This document shows, piece after piece, positions 33,721 to 46,204 of a stretch of 64,000 bases of DNA. The notes below the pieces were generated by a model. The model saw only the letters and a program-made list of their open reading frames with translations. It ran no database searches and was not told the origin of the DNA. Made by a program: the position numbers and the translations under genes. The first letter of the stretch is position 1. Each line of letters starts with the position of its first letter. The DNA comes from Eledone cirrhosa (Eukaryota), in the NCBI GenBank assembly GCA_964016885.1, contig OZ024743.1, forward strand, positions 338,334,001 through 338,398,000. The letters are read 5' to 3'.

Positions 33721-36700
33721 TTTCATTTATTAGCCACAAGGGCCGACATGTAGGGGACAATACAAAGACAGGGACAGTGGGGGTTTACAATAAGGTCGAG
33801 TAAAAGTGCACAATGGCAAGACTAATTTAACAATGAAAATATAAAATAAACTATGCATAAATATAACAAAATAAATTCCCCGATAGGGGGTGGACGACGC
33901 TGGGGTGACTCGGATACCCCACCAATCCTGAATCACCCTGCGCTTCTAGGGCACCCAGGGAGATCACCCCTCTCCTCAAGTAGCCTATAGGCGCATGGTC
34001 AGAGTAGGCCCATTCACACGAACCATTCTCGCCACATTCACCCACCTTTTAGCAAATGTACTGGGGGGCAGCACTTCTCTCTCCACCCTCACTTTCCTTT
34101 CCAGGTGAAACTTGAAGAAGTTGATGAGGGATTGGTCGAAGAGAAAAGTGTCTGTCTTCAGTCCTTATAACCTGGTCCACCATATAACCTCTTTCGCAAC
34201 TGCCACCAGACAGAGGAAAATTTTCTGCTCTTCCTGACCTAAGGAAGGCGGTGGATCGATCTTCACTATGGACTCGGCCGATAGCCGGATTCGTTCCACA
34301 CGCGACAGTAGCTGTTCGACATAACTCCACAAGTCAGTAATGCACGGACATTGGACAAGTGCGTGCAGAACGGTTTCGTCGTTCTGTGCGCATCTTGGGC
34401 AGGTCCGTCTGACAGCACTTCCGTGCCTGTAGAGTTTATCCCAATCCGGCAGTGCCCCTCGGTAGCACTGCCAAGCGAGGGATTTCTGGAAATTGACCAT
34501 CGTCCCCGGCTCAAAAGTCCTCCGGTACAGACTGGTCAGTTCGACTTCGTCGAGGCCCAAAGCTTCTCCGAGTGCGTCATCACACTTGCCCACCACTAAT
34601 CCTCTATAGAACTCGAGAGTGGAAGTTCCACTGATCGCATTGCCCGCTTGGTAGAGGGCAGTGAATGCCTGGCAACATTCCAGGTGCCAGTCACCCAGTC
34701 TCGGTCACTTCTTGACCCGGGACTGCAGCTCAGTCAAAGAAATGAGCTGCGGAAAGGCCCGTCTGATAAACGGCGACCACACCTGTTCACAGTTGAGGCA
34801 GAATATCTTGAGATGTCGCAACCTCAACGCATGTCCGTGCATCATTAGCCACGGCATGCCCAGCCCTCCGCGTAGAGGGTGCTGACAGCAGATGGACCGC
34901 CTCACCAACGGAACTTGTCCTCTCCACAAGAATTTGAAGAGGGGCCGTTCCAACTTGACGATGCGTGGACGGGGGGCAAGGCACGACGGTCAGGCGGTAG
35001 TAGATGACGGACGCGGTGTACGCATTCGCCACCTCCGTGCGACCTTACAGTGATAGCTTCCTGGCAGCCCATTTTTGGGTGAGACTGGCTACTCTGCTCG
35101 TTACTCGTCCCAATTCTTTTCCACCTGGAGGTCTGGTCCGAACCAAACCCCAAGCAACTTTACCGGTCCGTCCGTCCAGCGCCCCACGATATTGTTGGAC
35201 GGCATGGGCTTGCCTCTCCAAGTTCCGAGCTGCAAGCCCACCGACTTTTCCGAGTTAAGTTTGGCTCCTGTCATCTTTCATATTCCTTCAATAAGGTGCC
35301 AACCGCCTCGATTTCTGAGGTCTTCAACACCATCACGGTGATGTCGTCCACATAAGCCGACACCGCCTTTCCATGTCCCGGTTCGAGCGGGATGCCCTGC
35401 AACAGCTCCAGCTTCCGCAGTAAAGGCTCGAGAGTCAATACGTACAGAAGGGAAGAGAGAGGGCACTCTTGACGGACCGATTGGGAGAGCCGAAATGGTT
35501 CCGAGAGGTGGCCATTAACCTTGACCACTGAGCGTGTGCTGCTGTGCATTGCAGCGATCCAGCTTCTGAAGACGGGGCCGAAGCCAGCTGCTTTGAGGAC
35601 AAACTCCAGATACCGATGGTCGACCCTATCGAATGCTTTTGATTGATCTAAATTGATCAGTGCCTCACCGAAGCCAGGTTTACACCCTACCCTCTCTATG
35701 ATGTATCGCATGAGGTAGAGATTGTTGTGTATGGACCTGGCTGGGATTGCGCAAGTTTGCACCTCCCCAACCAAATCCTCGACGACAAGCGCCAATCTCT
35801 TTGCTAACACCTTGGCCAAAATCTTAAACTCTGTGTTGAGCAGAGTTATGGGCCTGAAGTTGTCTAATGTATCCCTCTTGTTCTCGTCTTTCCTTATCAG
35901 CGTTACCACTCCCCTGCTCACAGAACTGGGAATACTCCCATTCTGCTGCCAGTTGCAGTAAAGTGCTTCGAGGAGTTCGGAGAACAAGTCTGGCATATTT
36001 ATGTAAAGCTCGTAGGGCAGGCCATCCAAACCGGGTGACTTGCGCCTCATACAGCCGACAAGGGCGTCCTGAATTTCGGCTGAAGTAATCGGCCTTCCGC
36101 AGCGCTCAGCGTCGACCGTCGAGATGCGCAGCAAGCCGTCAAGGTAGGGACTGAAACCCGCTACTCTCTCTGACTCGCCACTCTCCCCGAACAACCAAGC
36201 AAAGTGCTGGCAAAAGGCCTCACATATCCGCTTGGAATCGCTTATCTCGTGTCCGTCTCGGTCCGCCAAAGACCGAATTGTGGTTTTATTACCACGCATG
36301 CGCCTCCGCCACGCGGGCCCATCAAACAGCTTTGGTTCCCACATTTCTCAGCGCACGCGCCTTAGCTCTGACAATGCAACCTTCGTGTTTCGCATTGAAG
36401 AAATGGTCTAATGCCATTCTCGCCGCTAGCACGTCAGTTGCAATGCCACTACAAATAGCCTCGTTTAACTTATCTACCAGTTCCCTCTCCTTTCTATTTT
36501 TCTCTAACGCTAGTTCTTTGCTGAACTCTATCGAAGTTACTCTAATCTCTCTTTTGAGAGCCCCCCACCATCTGTTGTTGATGATCCCCCCTGTCAACTT
36601 TTGCTTAACTAAATTGTTGACTCGGTACCTGTAAGCCTTATGTGCCGGAAATGACATGTTCAGCTTCCAGTAACCCGGTCCTAACCTATGCGTTTTATCT

Positions 36701-37720
36701 AGGTCGACCGTACAGATCACAAATTTGTGATCTGAATAGCCGACCGTTTTAAAAAGTGGGCAGCCCACACTATTTCTATCTATTTTCCTAATGAAGATCC
36801 TGTCTATATACGATCTAGATGACCCCATTCGGTTGGTCCATGTCCATACTGGCACATTGGGGAAATCTAGTCGATACCTGTCAGACAGTTGGAACTGGCT
36901 GAGTAGGTGCTTGAGACTTTTGCACACACACACACACCCCCCCCGCTCCTATCGGCTACTCCCACACAATCCCAGTATGCGTCTAAGATGCCATTCCAGT
37001 CCCCCGCTAACAGTAAAGGACGAGACGTACCCAGAAAGGTCTCCAGGCGCCTAAAGAAGTCCGGTCGTCCGGCCCCTGTAGGGGCGTAGACAGCCCGCAG
37101 TCTAAAGGCACCGCCTTCGCTACTGCTCACATCCAAGACCACCAACTTACCGTCCGGGTCCCGGAAGATCGACCTTACCTCGAGATCCAGTCCTTTCCTA
37201 TACAGCAAAAGTCTTGATGTGGGTTTCACATTCGGGGTTCCCACGTCTTGAGGAAAGCTCTCTCGAATTTCTTTGAAGGAATTGAGTGACATTCGGACCA
37301 GAAGCAAATCTTCTGGCACGCAAAATGTGCTCATTTCAAAAATCTCCCCCTCTGTTTGAATGTCCTCGCTTCGTGCTAAGAGGGCCATCAGTTTATCGTT
37401 GGCCCTTCTGACAAGCACAAAGTTTTTAACGTTTTGTTGGTGTGGTTTTATTTGTTTTCGTTTTGGTGACTGTGGTGGTGATGGTTTTGGTGGTGTTGTT
37501 TCGGGTATGTCTGCGTTTGTTGTAGGTATGGTGTCTGCAATTTCAGGTATTTGTGTGTTTATTTGTACTTGTGTTTGTTTAGGTTGTTTGTGTTTCGGGG
37601 ATTGTGGAGGTGGTGTCGATGTTGCTGTTGGTGATGATGTTATTGGGGAAGTGTTTGCGTTAGTGGTGTCTGTATTTTTTGTTGTGTATGTTTTTGTGTT
37701 TTGTTGGGGCTTTTTTAAAA
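33690..37720 (-). mobile_element. L1-clade Tx1-like non-LTR retrotransposon, decayed (ORF1-like C-terminus, APE, RT, C-terminal zinc finger, (ATT)n tail)
   Basis: APE: AVYAP, LAGDWN, SYIDRIF, SDHK, GPGYWKLN. RT: KSPGLDGLPYE, NFRPITLLN, LDQSKAFDRVDH, VRQECPLS, AYVDD. Zinc finger CPRC...ETVLHALVQC. Confidence 0.9.
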
Positions 37721-37789
37721 TAATAATAGCTCACTGTGTAGATCTGTGGAGAGAGAGAGGAGACTGTGGCTCACATTGTATCCGAGTGT

Positions 37790-38385
37790 AAACACCTAGC
37801 CCAGACTCACTATAAAGGGTGGAGACATGATGTGATAGGCAGGGTGATCCACCGGCATCTATGCAAAGTAAACAATTTACCACATTCTGAGAAGTGGTAT
37901 GAGCATAAGCCAGAGTCGGTGATAGAAAACGATTGAGTGAAGGTGCTATGGGATTTTAGGATACAGACAGACAGGAAATTAGAACACAATAGACCTGACC
38001 TGGTGGTTTTGGACAAGGAAAAAAGATTGTGCCTGATTGTAGATGAAGCCTGCCCATTTGACACGTGAGTGCAAGAAAAGGAGAGGGAGAAAATTAACCG
38101 ATACCAGGACTTAAAGTGGGAGTTAAAAAGGATTTGGAACTGCCATGAGATCAAGGTCATCCCGATTGTCATAGGAGAACTAGGTACTATCTCAAAGAGT
38201 TTCCAAGGATGGTTAAAGAAGATTAGTCCAGCCCCGATTTTTGGAACACTTCAAAAGGCATGCTTGCTGGGAACAGCAAGAATCCTCCGATACATCCTGA
38301 ATGTCTGAGGCTGCAAGTAGTGGCTTGATATTCATTTCAACAAACTTTCCAGTTAAATAACATCAATGGATGAGACTCAAAGAAC

Positions 38386-38412
<27 letters not shown>
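37790..38412 (+). mobile_element. R4/Dong-clade non-LTR 3' fragment (restriction-like endonuclease) with (TAA)n tail
   Basis: RHD..., KWYEHKPESVIEN, VLWDFRIQTD, NRPDLVV, KINRYQDL, IPIVIG, LQKACLLGTARILR. Confidence 0.88.
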
Positions 38413-38416
<4 letters not shown>

Positions 38417-39161
38417 TCTTTATTAACTACAAGGGTTTACATAAGGTAGACATTAAGGACAGTACAGGACAATACAGGACAGTACAAATGGGCATTTCTG
38501 CGTGTAAAAAAACAAAAACAGAGGATATAATAAAAATAACAATGAAAAATTCCCCAATAGGGGGGAGACTTCGGAGGGACATTTGTGGAGAAAGCCCATT
38601 AAAAGGCCACAGTGACCCTGACCACCAGGGCAAGTGCCCTCTCCCAGTTTTCCACCTTTAATTTACAGACACATACTCAGAGTAGGCCCATTCACTCGGG
38701 CCATTCTTGCCTCTCTCACCCATCTTTCAACAAAATGCTGGGAAGAGAGCACTTCCCTCTCTACCCTGATTTTCCTTTTCAAATGAAATTTGAAAAAGTC
38801 AATCAGGGCATCACCGAAGAGGTAAGTGCTCGTCTTTAGCCCTTTCCAACGTGTCCACCATACTATCTCTTTCGCCATGGCCACCAGACAGATAAAAACT
38901 GCCTGCCCTTCCCGGCTAAAGGAAGAGGGCGGGGCAATCCTCACGATGGACTCAGCTGATAGCCGGATCTGTCCTACACGCGACAGCAGGTGTTCGACAT
39001 AAACCCACAAGTCAGCAATTCTCGGACACTGGACGAGTGCGTGCAGGATGGTTTTGTCGCCCTGCGCGCATCTCGGACATGCCCGACTGACGGCACCTCC
39101 ATGCCTGTAGAGTTTATCCCGAACTGGCAAGGCTCCTCGGTAGCACTGCCAGGCCAGGGAT
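38413..39161 (-). mobile_element. Second Tx1-like subfamily, 3' fragment, flanked by (TAA)n
   Basis: LPVRDKLYRHG...CPRC...HALVQC; paralogous to 34049-34490. Confidence 0.88.
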
Positions 39162-39303
39162 AATAATAATAATAATAGTGTTTAGAGAAATTATACTTTT
39201 TAACATTGTAAACAGGAAATTAGTTTGGTTTTACTTTGGAAGGGTGAAAAGTCAAATAAGAGCCAATTCAATAGTGGGTTGTTTTGACAAATGCAATATT
39301 TCT

Positions 39304-39532
39304 TTAACCCTTTAGCATTTACATTACTCTATATTTACTATTGCATTTTCACAGTAAACACTTTATCTCACAGAACTCTCTCAGATGATATCGAATCTAT
39401 AAGATTTTGATATTAATTATTTTGAGAACAATACCTTAACATCAGTATGAGTGGCCGGTTATAGCTAGTTTGAACAGAAAGAGGTGAGAGAATTTTGGCC
39501 GGATATGACCAGTTTAAATGCTAAAGGGTTAA
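39304..39532. mobile_element. Intact piggyBac-like TTAA MITE family 1
   Basis: TTAA-CCCTTTAGCATTTA ... TAAATGCTAAAGGG-TTAA (14-bp perfect TIR). Confidence 0.88.
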
Positions 39533-39595
39533 ATCTTTTAACTCTTATAACAAGCTCCTTGAAATAACCCTTGTAATGGTTTCACAGAAAATATT

Positions 39596-39817
39596 TTAAC
39601 CCTTTAGCATTTACATTACTCTATATTTACTGTTGTATTTTCACACTAAATCTTACATAATTATCTCACATAATATCAAATCTATGAGATTTTGACATTA
39701 TATATTTTGAGAACAATACCTTTACGTTGGTATGAGTGGAAGGTTATGGCCAGTTTGAACAGAAAGAGGTGAGAGAATTCTGACCAGATACAGCCAGTTT
39801 AAATGCTAAAGGGTTAA
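39596..39817. mobile_element. Intact piggyBac-like TTAA MITE family 1
   Basis: Same TIRs and TTAA flanks. Confidence 0.88.
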
Positions 39818-40387
39818 AATGAGTTTACAAATTCAAATGGTGATAGTATCTTTACTATTATTGTGAAAATTTGTAATATTAGAGTTTAATTTTTAACGTT
39901 GTGAATTCTGTTTTATGCTTTTTAAAGAATGTCTTTGTTAATGCAGTTTCATACAGTGCAGGACATTAAGAGTTAAGGTGTTTATTTTTAAATGTTTATA
40001 TTTATTTAAAAACCATCATAATTTTATATAAGAACCTTTGTTAAGTTATGTTCCAAACACCAGCTTAATAATGAAGAAATTTATTACATTATTAAACCAC
40101 CTCAAATTCTTCATTTTCAAAATGATTTGAAATTCACAGGCAATGCCTTTCCTTAGAAATATAGTAACAAAAAGAGTAAAGTGATTATATTTATCTAAAA
40201 ACCTTCCATCATGATTTTATGGAAAGACCTATCCCTAGTGTTGATGTCACGATAAAATGCACTTGGTAGAATGCAGGACTGTATGTAAGCGACATGTAGG
40301 ACCCACAACCCATCTGAGAGATCAGTAGCCCTAGTTGAGTACTAACTCAATCTATGGAGACCCATCTAACCCTCCTAAAAGGGAAAT

Positions 40388-40545
40388 CATCATCATCATC
40401 ATCATCATCATTTTACTCTTCCCTGCTTGCAAGGGTGGGACGGGTCTTATTCAGCACAGCATCTCACCACTTGTCACGGTCCTTCGTCATCTCCACCATG
40501 AGCTTCAGAGATCTAAGGTCTGTTCTCACCACCTCCACCCATGTT
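40388..40545 (-). mobile_element. RTE subfamily B tail
   Basis: (CAT)n plus ttccctgcttgcaagggtgggacgggtcttattcagcacagcatctc. Confidence 0.8.
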
Positions 40546-41206
40546 TTTTTTTTTTGGGGGGGGGGGGGGGGGGGCGTTAAATCACCAGTGCTAGAGAGGT
40601 TGTCATGTCAATGTCACAACTGAAGGGAACTCCCTGCCCTATCATGTAATTCAATTAACTACCAAGGTGGACTGCTCTGAGCTGACTGGAATTACACAAC
40701 AACAACTGATATAAAAGTTACAACCAGCAGTGCTAACAATAACCCTAAACACCACCAACTACCACATCATCCACCAACAACAGTAACCTCTATCAACAGC
40801 CACCACTATCAATAACATCAACAACAATAACCAATGTTACCATCACTAACAATAACACAAACCACCACCATCAAACATCACCATCAATTGCCACCACCAA
40901 TACCATTAATATAAACCACCACCACTCTCAACACAAAACACCACCATCAACCACTACCATCATCATCAACACCAATCTTCAGCCATATACGAGGATGGTA
41001 TTTATTCAATATACAAAATCTCAGAATGTCATGAAAAGCCATTGACATTATATAAAATAACTGAGCAGTATCTAATAAAAACAACACACACTAGTAAGGG
41101 ATCAGAAAAGGAAGAAGAAAAAGAGAAAAAGAAAGAAGGATCAAGTGGCGAAAGACAAGGGAGAAGGGGAAGGTCAGTCACTACACCCCAGTCTGAGCAG
41201 TGCCTT

Positions 41207-41362
41207 ATCATCATCATCATTATTATCATTTTTTACATTCACTTTTCCCTGCTTGTAAGGGTGGAATGGGTCTTCTTCTGCACAGCATCACTCCAGATTT
41301 CACAGTCCTTCATCATCTCCTCTGTGAGCTTCAGCAATCTGAGGTCAGCTCTGACCACCTCC
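41207..41362 (-). mobile_element. RTE subfamily B tail running into an ACC/AAC satellite
   Basis: Same 3' end as 40388; terminates at ctctgaccacctcc. Confidence 0.75.
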
Positions 41363-43442
41363 ATCACCACCACCACCACCACCTCCATCACAACCACCAG
41401 CAACACCACCTTCACAACCACCACCAATACTCTCACAACCACCAGCAACACCACAATCACGACTACTGCTATCACTACTACTGCAACCACCACCAACAGC
41501 AACGATTTCACAACTACCACCACCACCAACAGCACTCTCACAACCACCACCAACAGCGCCCTCATAACCACCACCATCACCATACTCACAACCACCAAAA
41601 AACATCATCAGCACCACCAACAGCGGCCTTAACTACCACCACCACCACCACTAATAGCAACAACACCCTCACAACTACCAGCTCCACCACCAACAACAAC
41701 ACCCTCACAACCACTACAACCACCATCACTAACACCAACAGTAACAACATCCTCACAACTACCACCACCACCAACAACAACAACAACAACAGCCTCACAA
41801 CTACCACCACCAGTAACAACAGCCTCACAACTACCAACACCACCACCACTAACAACATCCTCACAACTACCGTCACCACCACCACCAAATCATTCTCACA
41901 ACTACCCCACCAATACCACCACCAACAGTAACAACAGCCTCACAACTACCACTACCACCACCACCACTAACAACATCCTCACAACTACCCTCACCACCAA
42001 CACCAAATCATTCTCACAACTACCCTCACCACCAACACCAAATCATTCTCACAACTAACCCACCACCACCAACAGTAACAACAGCCTTACAACCACCACC
42101 ACAACTACCACCACCACCAACAGTAACAACAGCCTCACAACTACCCCCTTCCCTACCACCAACAGTAACAACAGCCTTACAACCACCACCACAACTACCA
42201 CCACCAACAGTAAAAACAGCCTCACAACTATCCCCACAACTACCACCACCAAAAGTAACAACAGCCTCACAACCCCCCCCCCCTCCATACCACCAACAGT
42301 AACAGCATCCTCACAACTACCACTACCACCAACAACAACAGTAACCACATCCTCACAACTACCCCCACCACCAACAGTAACAGCCTCACAACCACCACCA
42401 CCACCAACAGTAACAACAGCCTCACAACCACCACCAGCACCACCAACAACAGTAACAACAGCCTCACAACCACCACCACCAACAGTAACAACAGCCTCAC
42501 AACCACCACCAGCACCAACAGTAACAACAGCCTCACAACCACCACCAGCACCACCAACAATAACAACAGCCTCACAACCACCACCAGCACCACCAACAAT
42601 AACAACAGCCTCACAACCTCCACCACCAACAACAACAGTAACAACAGCCTCACAACCACCACCAGCACCACCACCAACAGTAACAACAGCCTCACAACCA
42701 CCACCACCACCACCAACAACAGTAACAACAGCCTCACAACCACAACCACCACCACCACCCACAGTAACAATAGCCTCACAACCACCACCAGCACCACCAA
42801 CAGTAACAACAGCCTCACAACCACCACCAGCACCACCACCACCAACAGTAACAACAGCCTCACAACCACAACCACCACCACCACCACCACCAACAGTAAC
42901 AACAGCCTCACAACCACAACCACCACCACCAACAGTAACAACAGCCTCACAACCACCACCACCAACAACAACAGTAACAGCCTCACAACCACCACCAGCA
43001 CCACCACCACCAACAGTAACAACAGCCTCACAACCACAACCACCACCACCACCACCACCAACAGTAACAACAGCCTCACAACCACAACCACCACCACCAA
43101 CAGTAACAACAGCCTCACAACCACCACCACCAACAACAACAACAGTAACAACAGCCTCACAACCACCACCAACAACAACAACAATAACAACAGCCTCACA
43201 ACCACCACCAGCACCACCACCAACAGTAACAACGGCCTCACAACCACCACCACCACCAACAACAGTAACAACAGCCTCACAACCACCACCATCACCACCA
43301 CCAACAGCCTCACAACCACCACCACCACCAACAGTAACAACAGCCTCACAACCACCACCACCACCAACAACAACAGTAACAACAGCCTCACAACCACCAC
43401 CACCACCAACAACAACAACAGTAACAACAGCATCACAACCAC
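41363..43442. repeat. ~2.1-kb compound minisatellite AACAGTAACAACAGCCTCACA(ACC)n
   Basis: Directly visible; explains the poly-V/L, poly-T and GGCEAVV ORFs. Confidence 0.92.
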
Positions 43443-44004
43443 ATTCTCAGAAGCTATTAAAAAAAAATGAAACTAACTAAAAGCAACAACAAAAAAGAAA
43501 GAAAAACAATCAAAATAATACTTTTGTAATCAATTTGTAATTATTACAGGTGAGCAGTCAAACTGGTTCCAACCGACGTTAATCAATAGAGGGGGGGGCG
43601 TGAAACAATAGGTAACCACCACCACCACCCCACCAAAATGAAGGTGAGCATGAAATATTTTAGTTGGCCAATTATTTTGGTTTCTACTTTTTAAGAAGAC
43701 ATACAGTTCAAAGCAACTTCGTTACTGTGGCAACTACTGTTGTTGTTGTTGTTACTGTTGTTAATGTTGTTGTTGTTACTGTTGTTGTTGTTGGTGTTGT
43801 CACTGTTGCTGTTGTTACTGTTGCAACTGTTGTTGTTATTTTTACTGCTGTTGTTGCTGTTGTTATTACTGCTGTTGTTGTTAAATGGTTTGCTTGTTTT
43901 GTTATTTTTCTTGTAGTGTGTAGATCTGACATAGATATTTGCCAATCAATCTATTGAGATGTAGGTGACAGTTGAGTGGGGAGCAAATAATTAATTATAC
44001 TAGC

Positions 44005-44345
44005 AACCCTTTTGATACCAAGCCAACCAAGCCAACCCAGCCAAAACCAACTATAGTTCTATGAAACAAGACTATCTCTATTTCAAAGAGTTCCTATTTA
44101 ACCTTTCTGATATCTACCTGGCCAAAATAAAGTATGGTTCTATGAAACAAAACTACCTCCAATTCCAAAGGGTTCATTATTTGCTCCTTTTAATATCAAC
44201 ACAGCCAGAAAAGGAACTGGTTCTATAAAATAAAACTATTTCAAAGGGACCCTTTTTAACTTTTTTGATACCAACCTCACCAAAACAGGTTCTGGTTCTA
44301 TGAAACCAAAAAACACCCAATTTCAAGCGATGCTATTTATTTTGA
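44005..44345. repeat. ~75-bp tandem array from the left end of TTAA MITE family 2
   Basis: ttttgataccaa...gccaaaa...gttctatgaaacaaaactacc...ttcaaag repeated about 4 times. Confidence 0.6.
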
Positions 44346-44622
44346 CATCTACCAATATAATTTTATATAAAAACCATATATCTTAGTCATGAAATAATTA
44401 ATCATTTTAAATTTCTCAAAATTCTTCATTAATTAATTGAAATAGAGTGTATTTTATTTAATAGAGTGTATTTTATTAGAAATATGGTCGAAAGAGTTAA
44501 TTTTTTTATGTAGGTTATAGAAGTGGAAAAATGAAATGGAAAATGAAAATTGCCACTCACATCTATGTAAGTTCAGTTTGCTTTCTACGAGATTGCATAT
44601 CAGAGGAGATTTCTCAGGTGTT

Positions 44623-44853
44623 TTAACCCTTTAGCATTTAAACCAGCCATATCCAGCCAGAATTCTCTCACTTCTTTCTGTTCAAACTGGCCATAATTGG
44701 CCACTCATACTTATGTTAAGGTATTGTTCTCAAAATAAATAATATCAAAATTTTATAGATTCGATATTATGTGAGATAATTATGTGAGGTAAAGCTTTTA
44801 CCGTGAAAATATAATTGTATATATACAGAGTAATGTAAATGCTAAAGGGTTAA
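44623..44853. mobile_element. Intact TTAA MITE family 1 (opposite orientation) with an adjacent empty-site paralog
   Basis: Perfect TIRs. The flank aggagatttctcaggtgtt|TTAA|tgata recurs without the insertion at about 44938-44966. Confidence 0.92.
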
Positions 44854-45668
44854 TGATAAAGACTCCAGTTCTGCTATATTGTTATAACAGCTGACACCTA
44901 TATCAGTTTAACTGACTTCATATGAGGTGGTATCTCATAGGAGATTTCTCAGGTGTTTTAATGATAGGGACACCAGTTCTGTTGTTGTTACAGCTCATAC
45001 CTCAGTCAGTGAAGCTGGTCTCCAACGAGATGATATCTCAAAGGAGGTTTCTGGTGTGTTTCAATGATAGGGGCCCCCAGTCTTATCATAAAAAGACTGG
45101 CAGTATGCTAGTTAGTTGCAGAGGTTAACTCCAGTTACTGATGCTGCTGTTGGTATTCATCATTTTTTTCAGCTGAGGGAGAAACTGAACAATATCAACA
45201 ACAACAACAACAACAGTTATTTGACGCTTAACATCCCTTAATGATTTAGTAGAAACTATCTAAAAATAAGTTTGTTAATTCGAATATATAAATATTACTA
45301 TTGAACAAACCATTGTGAAAATTTGCAGTAAACCAAAGAAAGAATGTTTAACTTTGATTTCTAAAATCTAAGGAAAGAGTTTAATCTTTAATATGATACA
45401 GCCATTGTACTGTTTTCTACTTTTCAAGAATATCTTGCTAATGAGGTTTCATACGGTACAGGACATTAAAAGTTAAGATTAAGATGAATAAATTAAATAA
45501 ATAAAAATAATTATTTCTAGCATCAGCACAAAGCCAAAAATTTGAGAGAGGGAGAATGCCGATTATATTGACCCCCAGTGCTGAACTGGTAATATTGTCG
45601 GGTGCTCTACCACCCTAAAAATGAGTATAAATAATAAAGACAATGAAGAAACTGGGTATCACACTTAC

Positions 45669-45916
45669 CGTGAGTCTTTCCTTGGCATGAGCATAGCGGA
45701 AACGTTGGATGTAATAGAATATTAGCCAGGTAAGGGAGATAATCATCAGAACTATGAATGATATGGATACAAACAGTATGGATGTACGACTGATATTGAG
45801 TTGAGATGATTGTGATAGGTGTGCAATGTGCATCTGCACCTTGGTCCCATTGTCAATAAGGGATGCAATCTTGTCTCCTTCTTTTTTTGTTATAAGTACA
45901 GTCACCTTGGTGCCAA
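45669..45916 (-). CDS. RNF150: Internal exon (248 nt, phase 1 to 0) of a Goliath/RNF130/RNF150-family PA-TM-RING E3 ubiquitin ligase: end of PA domain plus transmembrane helix
   Basis: Translates to GTKVTVLITKKEGDKIASLIDNGTKVQMHI...SRTSILFVSISFIVLMIISLTWLIFYYIQRFRYAHAKERLT, matching the family signature SxxFVSISFIVLMIISxAWLxFYYIQRFRY. Acceptor ttttcatctttcag|TT, donor ACG|gtaagt. The symbol is a family label; the gene is probably co-orthologous to RNF128/130/149/150. Confidence 0.93.
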
Positions 45917-46009
45917 CTGAAAGATGAAAACAACAAAACATTTAAGGAATGGTTTGGGATATATTCAAAGAATGGATGAATTAATTAATTGAATCAACAA
46001 CAACAACAA

Positions 46010-46190
46010 CAATTGTTTCTACTTTAGGCACAAGTCCTGCAATTTGGGGGAAGGGGAAAGTCGATTAAATCGACCCCAGTGCATGACTGGTACTTTATTT
46101 TATCGACCTGGTAAAGATGAAAGGCAAAGTTAACCGTGGCGGGATTTGAACTCAGAACATAAAGTACCGTAACTCTATGCTGCAAAGAAC
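46010..46190 (-). mobile_element. tRNA-derived SINE (Meta-domain-like)
   Basis: actggtactttattttatcgacc...gatgaaaggcaaagttaacc...gggatttgaactcag. Confidence 0.8.
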
Positions 46191-46204
46191 AATAATAATA
46201 ATAA

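Noticed and set aside
41042-43442. Long poly-V/L, poly-T and GGCEAVV ORFs
   Set aside because: Products of the ACC/AAC compound satellite, open in several frames on both strands.
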